NCBI GenBank assembly: GCA_004764695.1
Contig: SMSO01000033.1
Location: 2,418,001 to 2,482,000 of the forward strand
Length of the DNA stretch: 64,000 bases
Direction: 5' to 3'
Source: Schizochytrium sp. TIO01
Lineage: Eukaryota > Protista > Bigyra: Labyrinthulomycetes
The position numbers and the translations under genes were made by a program. The notes beneath the pieces were generated by a model. The model was not told the origin of the DNA and did no database searches. It saw only the letters and a list, made by a program, of their open reading frames with translations. Shown piece after piece: positions 22,594 through 34,200 of the stretch. Numbering within the stretch: the first letter of the stretch is position 1; every line of letters begins with the position of its first letter.

Positions 22594-25500
22594 ATGGCGG
22601 GTCCACGGAGGCCACGAGGGCCTGCCCGAAAAGGCAGTGCAAAAAAACGGCTAACGCCAGGTGAAAACGCAGAGGGTGGATCTACCTCTGTTTTGCAGAA
22701 CGAAAAAGACACGAAGGACTACCTCAGTGACGACCAGAGTAACTCGACAAGTATATTGCAGGCAGGCCCGCGTGCAAAACAGCATGAAGACTCTTCAGCA
22801 TCGGCCACAATATTGAAGTCAACGATTAAATCTGTGCGGGACAGGACCTCCCGTAAGCGCCAGCGTCATGGCAGGCACCTCAACAAGGTTGGCCTAGAAC
22901 CAGCCACCTCTGCAGTGCCACTGCTGTTTTTACCATCATCTGTAGCCTCCAAAACACAGATGAGCAAGTCACAAAAGCTTGCAGGCGCGCTATTTGCTTC
23001 AGCTGATGCTCGAGCTGAAGAAGAACATCCTTTAGTTCGCCGAGCGCGGATTGAACGTCTTGAGCAAACCAGACGTCTATTGCAGGTACCAAGTGGTAAA
23101 ATTCCTACTAATTCTAGCAGACTTCCAAACAACAACTCAACTATAAACTCAGCAAACGTACTTTTGCCGACAGATGGGAAGACCCTGTCTAAAGCGTTCA
23201 TGAAGTCCAAGACTTTACAGCAATTGTCGGAGGGCATCGACAATGAGCAGTCGGCATATGAACTACAAAAAAATAAAACAATTGGGCTTGAGAAAAGGCT
23301 AAATGAGCGTCTTCAGGCTGATGCAAAGCGCGCAATTGAAAAGCTACCTGTAGAGTTCCTGAATAGTCTCAAGCTTCGTTGCTATGCACTCGATCACGGC
23401 GCTGGTGTGATTCTGCGCATCTTTGATAAATTAGCGAATGCCCACACCCGAGAAGCGATTCAGCGGTGGCAACAATTTGTTGAGAACGATAGAGAAAGAG
23501 AACAACATGAACGTATTCTAGCATTTACCCAGCAACGTGGCCTTCTTTTATTGCAAACATTGATTCGAAAGATACAGAATGCAGCTCAAGTACGAGCGCT
23601 GGGCAAATGGAAAGATGTACATTTCTTCCATCCGAGGCGTTTGGAGACTCTAGCAGCTGCAGTGCAAATCCAGCGATGGATGCGTGGTCGCTTGGCTTGT
23701 TTCGATGTCCTTGAGCGTAAAAAAGCACGAGATCTGTTATTACAGAACGAAGCAGCAAAAGTAATTCAAAGACTTGTCAGATCTTGGCAAGCTAGGGAGT
23801 TACGAAAGAGATTAATGAGAGCTCAAATTCGAGAAGATGCAGCACTGTGCATCCAGAACTTTGCTCGCGTTGTAGTAGCGAAGGGACGATTTCGAAGGCG
23901 CATTATGCTGAATTTACGCGAGAAAAAACTTCATGGCTCTGCCATTTCAATTCAATCTTGGTTGCGTGGAATCTGGGGGCGAAGACGTGCGCACCAGATT
24001 TTCCTTGAACAACAGAATTTTTGTGCAGCGCTTACAATTCAATGTGCAGTACGTGGCTGGCGCGCAAAGGGTCTGCTTCAAAAGCGACGGAACGAGATAT
24101 ATTTAATAGCTGCACAGGAAATGCAGGGTGCTATTGAGAATGTTACTCGAGCTGTTGCCGCAACGAAGATCCAAAAAGCATTCCTTAGGTACCGACGGCA
24201 TACTATCTTTGACTCTGCAGCTGAACTTTTAATGGATATTTCAACTGTGGCAGAACGAGAAATTGCCGCATTAACAATCCAGAATCATATCCGAGAGGTA
24301 TCAATTTTACGAATGGTCTCAAATATTCAGCAAGCTGTTACAGAGAAGATTATAGATGCAACTATTCGTATTCAATCGCAAGTTCGCGCATACTCGGCCC
24401 GCAAGGAGCTTCATCAATTGCGTGCTGAACATCGAGCAAGAAGAATTGCAGCTATAAAACTCCAGGCAAATCGGCGTGGGCAGGTCGGACGTCAAGAAGC
24501 CCAAGAGCGTCGACGCTCATCAATAAATCTAGTGCAAAAACTTGAGAGAGCAAGGTGGGCTCAGTTACGTCATCGCCTTGGACGCCGGGTAATTGGCCGC
24601 TTCGCAGAACGTCGTCGGTTCTTAATACAAACAGCATTTGGAGATTGGCGAGAAGGTGTGGAGGCTATTAAGCAAGAAAAGGAGGAGCAGAAGCTAGCTC
24701 GAGCTCGAGAACATCTACTTCAAGCCCATAAAGGCCGGCTGGTACGTGCCTGGATGGAGTTTATAAGGCTCCAAAAATTGGACCGCGATCGATTGCGACG
24801 TGCCCTCAATTTTATGCGCAAGAATATTTACGCGAAAGTTTTTAGATCATGGGTTGCCATAGTAGATGAGTCTCACCAGCACAAACTTCGACTGGTTGCT
24901 GTTTTCCTCAATTGTGTAGAGCTCAACACGCTTAACTCGAGGCATCAGGAGTACACTCGAAGACTTGCTGAAGCGTATGATTTCAACATCTGTTGTACAA
25001 AGGTGATTAAAAAACTCAACGAGGTAATTTACTGGAGGCGAATTCAGATGCAACGGGCAATTCAGCACTATAGTCAACAATGGCGAAAGTTTACACCTCC
25101 ACTGAGGTTTCGAAGGTGGACAGAGTATGTTAAAATGAGTAAAGAAAATCGTGAAAATCATCGAAAAGCTGAAGCTTTTCGCGATGCGAACGCTTTAGCA
25201 AAAGCGAACAATGCTTGGCAAATATACATCAATCACAAGAAAAAACGTCGCGAACAAAATGCTCAAGCATCTGCTCTCCGGATGCGCCATCTTAGGCGAT
25301 GGGGGTTCGATGATTGGGGAAAGGGGGTCGCAATTATTAGAAAGAATCGAGCCAACTGGGCGATTGCCTGCAATCATTGTATTCGGCATCGCCTTGGGTA
25401 TGCGTTCAAAGCTTGGCAAATAGGTTTAACTGCTATTTTAGATATGCGCGCCAAGTTTAAGCTAGCAATTTCACATGACCACCGTAAGACACAGTATGCA

Positions 25501-28500
25501 GCTTTTATTGCTTTCTTTGAGGTGACCCACGAAGAGTTAATGCGGCGGCGCAATGCGGCAGCCCTTACTGTACAATGTGCCTGGCGATGTCGTACAGCTC
25601 GCTTAGCCCGTTTTCAGCTTTGGATGGCTCGCGAGTACAGGCGCGAACGTGTACGGCTGCGTAATCTTGAAGAAAAGCGTAATGCATTTATCAGAGCTCG
25701 AAAAGTTAGCCGAATTGAAGATTCTGTCGAGCTTGAAAAGCTTCTTGAATGCTCAGAGCATGCAAAAGCTAGTCCTGCCAGTGTCATTCTATGGACGGCT
25801 CCTTGGGCTCCATCGCGCTTGTATGAGCACATGGAAGGTGTTCTAGCACTTGCCAACGCTACATTGGCTCAGACAATCTCGTTGCACAAACGAGTTCTTG
25901 TGCCATTGGAAGCAGTGGGGCCAGAAGTGGCACTCAAGTTTGATGTTCCCAGCTTTCCTTCTGTAAGCATAGTCTGGCACGGTCACGCAATTTCACTTAG
26001 CCGTAACGAAGAAGAATGGCTCAAGGTTTCGCGTTTCATTCGGGAAATTTTAAGTCCACTACGAGATGTCCTAAACCAAGTACCAGCCGCAGGACTAGAC
26101 TGGGATGTACGAGACTGCAAGCCATTTGCTACCGAGGCCATCCTCGTGACAAGTATTTTGGCTGCTCAAGCTAAAACTGCTATGGATGGCCCCAAATTGA
26201 TTCACAAAGCCACAAAAGTCATTCAAATCATGTTCAGACACTATCGCACATGGCGACTTACCCAAAAATGGCAGAGACTCGTTGAGGATGTTGTTTTTAC
26301 GCATAAACAAGCAAAAAGCGAGCTATTTTGGCAGAAACAGGGCTTCAGAGAGTACGAAAGCAAAGATGAGAACGATCCGAGGAAATTTCATTTTAACCAT
26401 AAATTGATGGACGGACAGTGGGACACAGTTATATCTTTAGAACAACGCTCTTTGCCCCTTATTCTAGTTACCTCGACGGGGCATGTTCAACAACTACGTG
26501 GGCTTCGAAGAGGGTCTCATGTGGCAGACCTCAAAAGACGAATCGAGGAAGAAGTGGACGTTGCAGTGGACCTTCAGCGGGTCTGTCTTAGACCTGACGG
26601 GGTTTGGTTTGACGGCAGTATTATTATTCCAGTATACAACCGGGAACCTGAAGCAATGATTGGAGCTGGTGCTAAGGTAGAAGTGCAAGGTTCTGGTAAT
26701 GCCGAATGGCGCGTGGGTACTGTCACACGAGTGTATGAAGATGAGTCTGTCGACGTGGAATTTCCTCGTGACCACAGCAAACCATTACTTGAGCGTGCAG
26801 GAACGGAAAAGCACGTCAAAGTTCTACAACCATATCAATTTGCTCGAGGCAAAACAGAAACATCAATGACTGAAGTCGTTAAGATTGACCGCATCGAGCG
26901 CATTCCTCGAGATGAAATTCGGCTAGTCGCAGTCAACGATGCAGAACCTGAAAGAACGCTTTTTGATCTTGGTTTTCGAGCTGGCGCCGTTGTAGAGCTG
27001 ACTGTGCCTAGCGCATCTATCAAGCGTGAGACAGAAGATCTTGCCATTCTGTGTAGCATTTGCCAGGACTCCGCGGCTGAACTGTTCTGTCGTGAGTGCC
27101 AAAAGGTTTACTGTGATACATGTTTTGTGAAAGAACACTTGTGTGATGGGGTGGAGGAGGATCTCGGAGATTTCGATGCATATATGTTACGCAGGGAGCG
27201 CGCAAAGCATCATTTTGTGCAGATGGAAAACTCCGCTCTAATACCAACATTTTCACAGACGAAGTCATCAGATCAAGACATCAGACTACAGAGGATGAAG
27301 ACAAAATTATTTGATAAGTCGGGACGCAACCCATCACTTTCGGAGTTGCGGCGTCTCAGTAAGCTTGCAAGCAATGCAGAACTTGCTTTGCAGCAACATC
27401 GAAAAGTCGCAGATGGTGCGCCAAGGTTCTGTTCTGAGTGTCACCTCAGATTGGTTCGAGTAAATTGTATTCAATGTCGTGATGGATTCTGTAAAACTTG
27501 TTTTGCGTATGTACATGAAAAGGGTAAAAGGATGGATCATACAGCACAGATTGTGGGTGGAGGTGCCAAACCCCTAGGTGGTGTGACATGGTCGCTACAA
27601 CAAGTAAAAGAGCTAGGGTGGAAATCGAGATTCATATTAAAAGAGGAGCAGCTTGCGAGAGAAGAAGCAGAGCGCATTCGTAAAGCTGAGCTTGCGGCAG
27701 CAGAAGAAATCATCAAAGAAGCATTCCAAAAGTATGACGCCGATGGCAGTGGATCCCTTGATGCGGCTGAGTTGAAAGGATTCTTGCGAAACGAGATCTG
27801 CGAGCCAGTGTCCGACGAGGAGGTTCAAGAAGCAATCAAGCGCATTGACATAGACGGGAATGGGCTAATCGAGCTTTCAGAGCTCTTGGAGTGGTTTGTT
27901 GACTTGCGCAAACAAGAAGGAAAAGACTCTGCCAAGATGCACATGTTGCGCATGAATTTGCAAGCTCAGAAACGTGCTCGCCTTTTAAGAAACCAAATGG
28001 ACGCAATGTTACCACGAGAAAAACTAGAAAGTACGATGCGCTATCTTGAGGAGCAAGCCCGTAAGTGGCGCGAGCGTCGACCACCTGTTCCAGGGTATGG
28101 TCATGTGTCACAACTACAGGCAAGTGATTTTGCTACTAGTCTGAGTCTTTTTGCGCGCTATGTGCACCGTGAGTTTAAGCTAGATGCGAACATGAAGGTA
28201 AAACCAGGGCAAACACCTGAAGAAAAGGTGCACCGTATGAAACTTGCCTTTGAGAGCGTCTTTCTTCCGAACTTTAATCGAGGGTTGTTACCTCGAATCT
28301 ACTACGAAGATATGCGGGAAATTACACATGAAGGGGTCATGTATATTCAAAAATGGGATGAGGAAAAGGATGCCTTTGTTTACGTCAACTGCGAAACCAA
28401 TGAAACTCTCGACCTGAATCCGAAACTTGTGGCCGAGCATGAACCAGCAGCACGCGCTGCATTCGAGAAGTTTGACAAAGACAACTCCGGAGGATTATCA

Positions 28501-29010
28501 CGCGCAGAAATTAGGCTCATGATTGAGCAGCAACTATGCTTGCGTCTAACGAAAACGCAACTCAAGGAAGCTATGAAGCAGCTCGATCAGAACGATGACA
28601 ACAATGTGACTTTTGACGAACTCTTAACTTGGTTCGTTCGGGGCGTAGATAACGGGGACTACACTCTTTCTGCAGAACTTCGTCGGGCTCGCAAGATACG
28701 TGAACTTCGTGAACGTGTACCGGATGTTACGAAGACTATTACAACCAGTGTCTCGAATGGAGCCTTACAAGTGGGTGCATCGGTGGCGCGTGGAACATTG
28801 GCTCAGGTGGGAACCATTCGCTCTAACATGAAGGTAGCTGGAAAGAGTGGCTTCTATCGTGGTCTTGTTGAAGCCGGCTGGGATCCCAAAGATATTGAGC
28901 GAGCTATGGATCGCTGCAAGGGAAAGAAGAAGCAACGTGACGAGTTTGAGACCGCTGTGGAAGCGTGGCTCGAGAAAAACGCTGTTAAAAATACTGATGA
29001 AAATAAGTAA
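22594..29010 (+). CDS. Giant multidomain calmodulin/centrin-binding-type protein (IQ repeats, Sfi1-like repeats, inactive thioredoxin-like, split ubiquitin-like with Tudor/Agenet-like insert, 2 B-boxes, 2 EF-hand pairs, WW-like, UBA-like)
   Basis: Many IQxxxRGxxxR motifs; F..W helical repeats; WTAPWAPS..KFDVPSFPSV; VADLKRRIEEEVDVAVDLQRV; CSIC..FCRECQKVYCDTCFVKEH and CSEC..CIQCRDGFCKTCFAYVH; DADGSGSLDAAE, DIDGNGLIELSE, DKDNSGGLSRAE, DQNDDNNVTFDE. ORF is open from 22531; ATG 22594 taken as the likely start. Confidence 0.85.
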   Translation: MAGPRRPRGPARKGSAKKRLTPGENAEGGSTSVLQNEKDTKDYLSDDQSNSTSILQAGPRAKQHEDSSASATILKSTIKSVRDRTSRKRQRHGRHLNKVGLEPATSAVPLLFLPSSVASKTQMSKSQKLAGALFASADARAEEEHPLVRRARIERLEQTRRLLQVPSGKIPTNSSRLPNNNSTINSANVLLPTDGKTLSKAFMKSKTLQQLSEGIDNEQSAYELQKNKTIGLEKRLNERLQADAKRAIEKLPVEFLNSLKLRCYALDHGAGVILRIFDKLANAHTREAIQRWQQFVENDREREQHERILAFTQQRGLLLLQTLIRKIQNAAQVRALGKWKDVHFFHPRRLETLAAAVQIQRWMRGRLACFDVLERKKARDLLLQNEAAKVIQRLVRSWQARELRKRLMRAQIREDAALCIQNFARVVVAKGRFRRRIMLNLREKKLHGSAISIQSWLRGIWGRRRAHQIFLEQQNFCAALTIQCAVRGWRAKGLLQKRRNEIYLIAAQEMQGAIENVTRAVAATKIQKAFLRYRRHTIFDSAAELLMDISTVAEREIAALTIQNHIREVSILRMVSNIQQAVTEKIIDATIRIQSQVRAYSARKELHQLRAEHRARRIAAIKLQANRRGQVGRQEAQERRRSSINLVQKLERARWAQLRHRLGRRVIGRFAERRRFLIQTAFGDWREGVEAIKQEKEEQKLARAREHLLQAHKGRLVRAWMEFIRLQKLDRDRLRRALNFMRKNIYAKVFRSWVAIVDESHQHKLRLVAVFLNCVELNTLNSRHQEYTRRLAEAYDFNICCTKVIKKLNEVIYWRRIQMQRAIQHYSQQWRKFTPPLRFRRWTEYVKMSKENRENHRKAEAFRDANALAKANNAWQIYINHKKKRREQNAQASALRMRHLRRWGFDDWGKGVAIIRKNRANWAIACNHCIRHRLGYAFKAWQIGLTAILDMRAKFKLAISHDHRKTQYAAFIAFFEVTHEELMRRRNAAALTVQCAWRCRTARLARFQLWMAREYRRERVRLRNLEEKRNAFIRARKVSRIEDSVELEKLLECSEHAKASPASVILWTAPWAPSRLYEHMEGVLALANATLAQTISLHKRVLVPLEAVGPEVALKFDVPSFPSVSIVWHGHAISLSRNEEEWLKVSRFIREILSPLRDVLNQVPAAGLDWDVRDCKPFATEAILVTSILAAQAKTAMDGPKLIHKATKVIQIMFRHYRTWRLTQKWQRLVEDVVFTHKQAKSELFWQKQGFREYESKDENDPRKFHFNHKLMDGQWDTVISLEQRSLPLILVTSTGHVQQLRGLRRGSHVADLKRRIEEEVDVAVDLQRVCLRPDGVWFDGSIIIPVYNREPEAMIGAGAKVEVQGSGNAEWRVGTVTRVYEDESVDVEFPRDHSKPLLERAGTEKHVKVLQPYQFARGKTETSMTEVVKIDRIERIPRDEIRLVAVNDAEPERTLFDLGFRAGAVVELTVPSASIKRETEDLAILCSICQDSAAELFCRECQKVYCDTCFVKEHLCDGVEEDLGDFDAYMLRRERAKHHFVQMENSALIPTFSQTKSSDQDIRLQRMKTKLFDKSGRNPSLSELRRLSKLASNAELALQQHRKVADGAPRFCSECHLRLVRVNCIQCRDGFCKTCFAYVHEKGKRMDHTAQIVGGGAKPLGGVTWSLQQVKELGWKSRFILKEEQLAREEAERIRKAELAAAEEIIKEAFQKYDADGSGSLDAAELKGFLRNEICEPVSDEEVQEAIKRIDIDGNGLIELSELLEWFVDLRKQEGKDSAKMHMLRMNLQAQKRARLLRNQMDAMLPREKLESTMRYLEEQARKWRERRPPVPGYGHVSQLQASDFATSLSLFARYVHREFKLDANMKVKPGQTPEEKVHRMKLAFESVFLPNFNRGLLPRIYYEDMREITHEGVMYIQKWDEEKDAFVYVNCETNETLDLNPKLVAEHEPAARAAFEKFDKDNSGGLSRAEIRLMIEQQLCLRLTKTQLKEAMKQLDQNDDNNVTFDELLTWFVRGVDNGDYTLSAELRRARKIRELRERVPDVTKTITTSVSNGALQVGASVARGTLAQVGTIRSNMKVAGKSGFYRGLVEAGWDPKDIERAMDRCKGKKKQRDEFETAVEAWLEKNAVKNTDENK

Positions 29011-29286
29011 AGTATACATGGATTCTTACAACATCTAGTAGTTCACTTAAGTATGAAAGGATTAATACTCTATCTTGACCTTTCAAACAAATTAAACATA
29101 TAATGGCATGACACGGAAATATACCAAACTCGCTTGTTGACAACCGTGCGGGAGAAGAACAACAAATCGGTAGGAACATACTAAACAGAGCGTCTATGCG
29201 CTTCTTCTAAAGTCTAATAATGACAAACAAATATGAGTTCTTGAACTCAAGTACCAAGAATTAGGAAGTTGTCCAATCTAGATGTC

Positions 29287-29850
29287 TCAGAGATTAGTCA
29301 AGAGCATCACCACTAGAGCCATGAATGCGGCGAATTTTTGCTCATAGTGAAGGCTCGACGCATCGCATGCAATTGCAACACTGCACTGGCAATAGCGTGT
29401 GTCGAAGGCATCCCAGGTCGACAAGATACCAGTTTCTTTGTACAAGTAATACGTTGGTCTCCTGTCACACCACGAGTCAATATCATCATAGCCTAAATCC
29501 GAGAGAGGAAAGACCGAGTCAAGCTCATCGCAAGAGCATGTACTAATCTCTTGAAGATAGTCGATGTTTCGAGAATACTGCTGACAAGAGTTATAGCAAG
29601 CCGCAGCTTTTATTTCAGTCTCAATCGGTGGACCATGTGCACCTATAAGATTTGTTCGAAGTGCCTCAATATCTGCTGCACACTGAGTCTCCATGGAGTC
29701 TGTCTCGGATTGATAATCCTCCACCCATTCTTGCAGGCGAGTGTTCGTTGCAACGCAGTCTGATGCTTTTGTTTGGCTGACAAGGAGTGCAACGACCACT
29801 AGGGTTATTGCAAACCCGAGGATGTTTATTCTGTGTCCTGCGTTTGCCAT
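29287..29850 (-). CDS. Secreted cysteine-rich, probably GPI-anchored surface protein
   Basis: Signal peptide ILGFAITLVVVALLVSQTKAS after ATG 29850, 10 Cys in the mature part, C-terminal DASS followed by hydrophobic tail FAAFMALVVMLLTNL. Confidence 0.7.
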   Translation of the reverse strand: MANAGHRINILGFAITLVVVALLVSQTKASDCVATNTRLQEWVEDYQSETDSMETQCAADIEALRTNLIGAHGPPIETEIKAAACYNSCQQYSRNIDYLQEISTCSCDELDSVFPLSDLGYDDIDSWCDRRPTYYLYKETGILSTWDAFDTRYCQCSVAIACDASSLHYEQKFAAFMALVVMLLTNL

Positions 29851-31626
29851 TCTCGTGCAGAAGTATTTTTTGTAGACTTTACTCCAATTCGGCAATCGCC
29901 AAAAGGCTTTTTGATCCTCTCAAGACCCGAAAACCCTCCACGTTGCAATTGTTTCCTTATCAACCAGAGTCCTTTTTCCTTATTCCTGATGCGCGTCCAC
30001 CATGAACATGTGGTGTCTTTCCACAAGCCTATTTCGCAACAGCTTGCATCGATGATAAAGACAAAACAATTCTATTCTCAAGCTCCAAACCTTCAACCAT
30101 GCATGCAGATACCTTTCGCTCTAGGGCCCATCACCAATTCTGCTCCCAGCTAGCCGTTATGAGTCATCGTCTTTACAAGTGTAGACACCTACCTATCTAG
30201 GTACCTATTCTTTTACTCTCTTTTACTTTCACTTCGCTATAGCTCTCTTTAGCCTACTTGCTATCGTAACTGTCTCCCATCCCTCAAAAGTAGACAATTA
30301 TTCTATATACAGTGGGTTATTCTATTTGCTCTACTTGCGAATCGTTTGTGTCATTATAATTAACCGCCCTTTGCTGTGCTTTCTGAACCCCTTATGTCGC
30401 CTAAGTAAATCCTACGGCAGTGCCACAATAAACGATGTTCGAGTTTGCATTTTTTTCTTCTCTTTCTTTCAGGGTCACTGTCATTCCTCCTTGGGATTTC
30501 TCAGCATCCCCGCCTTTCACCACTTCAGGCACAATCATGCATCAGACATGCGGGAACTATAAAGCGCACGAGTCTATCACATTCGACCAGCCTGAGGTAG
30601 ATACTTCATTTTAATCTCAGCCTTTGAATAAATCATGGTCATGGAAAATAATAAACCAGTTTTCAAGTTGAAAGAAAGAAAAGAAAAGAAAAGAATGAAT
30701 GAAAGAAAGAAAAAGGGAAATGAAAATGTTTTTATTTTTTTATAATTGATCGATCTTGGACGCTCGATTAACCCGCAAACTTGATCGGGGCGCCCCTCTT
30801 TCGAGTGGCCCTTCTCGTGGTCCCGCATTTCCACAGAGGCCATCAACCACTAAGGTCCCGCCATCGCCTGCTCGTGCAGTCATCTTCCTGTGGAAACGGG
30901 GCCGTGGAACAAACACCTATTCGGGTTCATCGTTTCGTCGCCCGTTTAGGCGATCTCAGCATTCAGTTCTTGTTGCCGTCAACTGCAACGCTACCGCCAC
31001 TCTTCCTCATCTCGTCATTACTTGGCCTCGAGCAAGTCCCTTCCATAACCTACTTCGTAGACATCCTGCGTCAAAATTCGCTCCGATCATATTGATAACG
31101 ATAATCGTCAACTGGACAATTATTTATCTGCGATACCTCTTGATTTCTGTGGCAACAATACTTCGTGATTGTAGATCGCTTTAGTGTATTTAGGTCTGTA
31201 TACCGGGGCCTCTTCACGTTATTCTTTTGAGCGTAGTTAATTGCTTCGTGTTTTGCTATCTTTGGTTAAAGTGCATCTGGACGTACACTGGGATAGGCGA
31301 GGAGGACTCAGTGCGATTTGTTGTTGACATCCAACAAGCTTGGGGCTTGAAGAGGGATAGCATTACGCTATTTTCAGGTCGTTGTGATCGAGCTTGGCGA
31401 TCACTAACGAGTTAGTGGCGTGCACTTTTACCGTGGGCACTGTGTATACACAGCCGTTGCATCAACGAATTTGTTTTTTGTTGATTTCAGTGATACCTGC
31501 ATATAAGGGTAACTTGTTTAAGACAGCGACAACATTGGGCACTCCATAGTAGAAGCGCTGGAGAGACTTGGTCTAAAAAGAGGCCTTGGGTGAGGAATAG
31601 ATTTCATCTCTTTTTCGAGTAGCAAG

Positions 31627-33723
31627 ATGGGCGAAACTTCGTCAAAGACTGCTTCCTTTAAGAAGCGCGAGCTGCAGAGTGAGGCGCTACGAAGCCGTCT
31701 GGAGGGAGATTTGTTCACAGCTAGACAAAAACTAGAGGACCTTGTAGAAACATGCTGCGAGGCTTTGAGTGCCACCTCAGCGGATGAACTCTATACTAGG
31801 CTACTTGAGAATACACCCAAAGATGCAGATACTGATGTACGATTAGAAGTTGCATTTTTATTGGATGCGCTAGGCAATGTCTTACGAGGTATTGAGCAAG
31901 AGAAACGAGCGCCTCCTTTGGATGAAGGCGCTCCTGAAACGCCCAAGGTACAGCAGGAGGCAAGCAGCAATGAGCTGGAGGCTCTCAAGCGAATTGAACA
32001 GGGTTTGGCATTGAGAAAAGCTGTGCAAGCAACAGACCCGAGCAACGAACGCCTCAAGATTATTCTCGCAAGGTCATATTCTTCTCTATCCATGTATTAC
32101 CATGGCAGACACATGCAAGAGCAGGCTGACAAAGCACACCTTGAAGCTCTTAATTTATTCGCTGATGTGCCATTAACTAGTACGGCACGCTCACCTAAAC
32201 CACCATCCCCTGCATCTGGAGATGCAAACGGGAGGGAGAAACTCTCCCCAATTGGTAGTAAGAGCCCAGGAGAGGGCCACGAGACAACTGATAATGAACC
32301 TGGTGGTGGTGCTGCAGCGCTTGAAGAGGCAATCAAACAGAGTTTAGCATGGGAAGAATTCAGGAAACGAAGATTGAAGGAACTACAGGCCAAGGTAAAA
32401 TCACATATTCTTCGTGCGCACCAAAATCTTCGAAAGGGTGAAGCCAATGGATCTGGCGGGATTTACAATGGCATCGATGGAGGTATCGCAGGCACGGGTG
32501 GCCCCGAGCTTGTGAGCATTGCCCAAGGAGTGCAAAGAGTTATCGCTCAGTCCCAAAGAAATCAAATCTTGAGGTCAGAAAAGAAACCCGAGAAGAGATG
32601 CCGGCTAGTATTGCTGCAGCGGATTGCCCCTACTCACACCATTAAAGCGACACACCCAGGTCTGGGTACTGTATACCCATTACATATGACAGGTGATGGA
32701 GACGCTGCAACACAAGCACGGGATAAGGCTGGAATCATGGATGGTTCTGATGAACACATTCCGGAGGTTATTGAGCTTGATCCAGATGACCAAGAGCTCG
32801 TTCATGTGGGCCGTCAAAGTTACGGAGATGCACTCAACTTTTTCCAGAGTCGCCTTGAAACAACTCGCCGCAGAATTGGGTTTATACGGCTTGATAGTAC
32901 TCAGCATGACCGCCTCATTAGTCGCCGGCATGCGCAACTGAAATACTCAAAGGTGCACAAACTTATGGCTACTGTGCTCGGGCACTTAGATAACTCTGAA
33001 GCGGATGGCGATGAAGAAAACCATATCATGAACCAGGACGGAGAAGAGCCAGACACAGCTGTTGCAGGTGATGAAAGTGGTGCATTTCGGACATCAATGA
33101 GTGCCGCGTCAGAGGAGATTACCAACGCAAACCGTGCAAAAAATCTTACAGAAGAACGGCGTCGTCGCATGGAAGCTGATGAGTTAGCATGGGTCATTCG
33201 AGACTTGGACAGTACAAACGGGATTCTAGTGAACGGAATTCGTGTTCAGGAGTACCCCCTTCGTCATGGTGACATCGTGAGCTTTGGAGGCGCCACGAGT
33301 GTGCCATTTGGTTGTGCAGTTTTGACTCACAAGCGTCGGCCTGTGAGTTCAGTTTTTGTGTATCGATTCGAGATGCTAGACACATCATCGATGTCCTACA
33401 ACACTTTGACAGGAGACTGGAAACCGATACCTTCAAGCGAACCAAGTCAACTAGATCCACTTGTTGAAGTCTTCATGCAAGAGAAGGCACGTTTACGGGA
33501 CGACGGGGCCCCGGGGCCCAGTGATATGGAGAGCTTTTACTTCTTTGTACTTTATATCTGTGCTCACCCTGAGACACTGCCCGAAGATGACGCGCAAATC
33601 CGTACCCAGCTTGTCAAAAGCGTGCATGACGCTGCTAAATTACATCGTAAAGCCGTAGATAACGAGATCCCTTTTTCGCACTGGGCTAGCTGGATTCGTT
33701 CACAGGCATTGGCAAGATCTTAA
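31627..33723 (+). CDS. FHA-domain protein with N-terminal helical/TPR-like region
   Basis: VHVGR...LISRRHA...WVIRDLDSTNGILVNG...LRHGDIVSFG (FHA); LARSYSSLSMYY...A...EALNLF (TPR-like). Confidence 0.8.
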   Translation: MGETSSKTASFKKRELQSEALRSRLEGDLFTARQKLEDLVETCCEALSATSADELYTRLLENTPKDADTDVRLEVAFLLDALGNVLRGIEQEKRAPPLDEGAPETPKVQQEASSNELEALKRIEQGLALRKAVQATDPSNERLKIILARSYSSLSMYYHGRHMQEQADKAHLEALNLFADVPLTSTARSPKPPSPASGDANGREKLSPIGSKSPGEGHETTDNEPGGGAAALEEAIKQSLAWEEFRKRRLKELQAKVKSHILRAHQNLRKGEANGSGGIYNGIDGGIAGTGGPELVSIAQGVQRVIAQSQRNQILRSEKKPEKRCRLVLLQRIAPTHTIKATHPGLGTVYPLHMTGDGDAATQARDKAGIMDGSDEHIPEVIELDPDDQELVHVGRQSYGDALNFFQSRLETTRRRIGFIRLDSTQHDRLISRRHAQLKYSKVHKLMATVLGHLDNSEADGDEENHIMNQDGEEPDTAVAGDESGAFRTSMSAASEEITNANRAKNLTEERRRRMEADELAWVIRDLDSTNGILVNGIRVQEYPLRHGDIVSFGGATSVPFGCAVLTHKRRPVSSVFVYRFEMLDTSSMSYNTLTGDWKPIPSSEPSQLDPLVEVFMQEKARLRDDGAPGPSDMESFYFFVLYICAHPETLPEDDAQIRTQLVKSVHDAAKLHRKAVDNEIPFSHWASWIRSQALARS

Positions 33724-34200
33724 AACGAGGTTTGGTTTCTCTTTAGTGTTTTTGACAACCAAAGTGGGTAATCAAAGGGTGGATTTTGTTGGCCTGTCTC
33801 ACCAGGGCACTTAGACATGAAAACGCACTACGAGAATCCCAACAAGACTTTTTTTAAAAATCAATTTGTCAATACAATTCATATTGTTTTTAAAGGGGTA
33901 GTTAACCTCATAGAATGCGGAAGCCCTGTGAAGTGAATTCTGGTAGGGTTTTACATGCAGTAGTACAATAATATGCAGTTATTTTGTTTATATAAAAGGA
34001 TGGCTTGATTTCTTGACAGAGTCTAAGTTCGAATTTGGTAAATGCGGCATATATGACAACAATATGAACAACAGCAACAAATGATGCACAGTTGAGCAAG
34101 CAAAAGAACAATCGCATAAGGGAGGCGTTATTAAGCCTAAATCGACATCAAACTCTCCAGCAAGAAGAAAAGAAGAAACAAAGAAACAAAAACATTCAAC

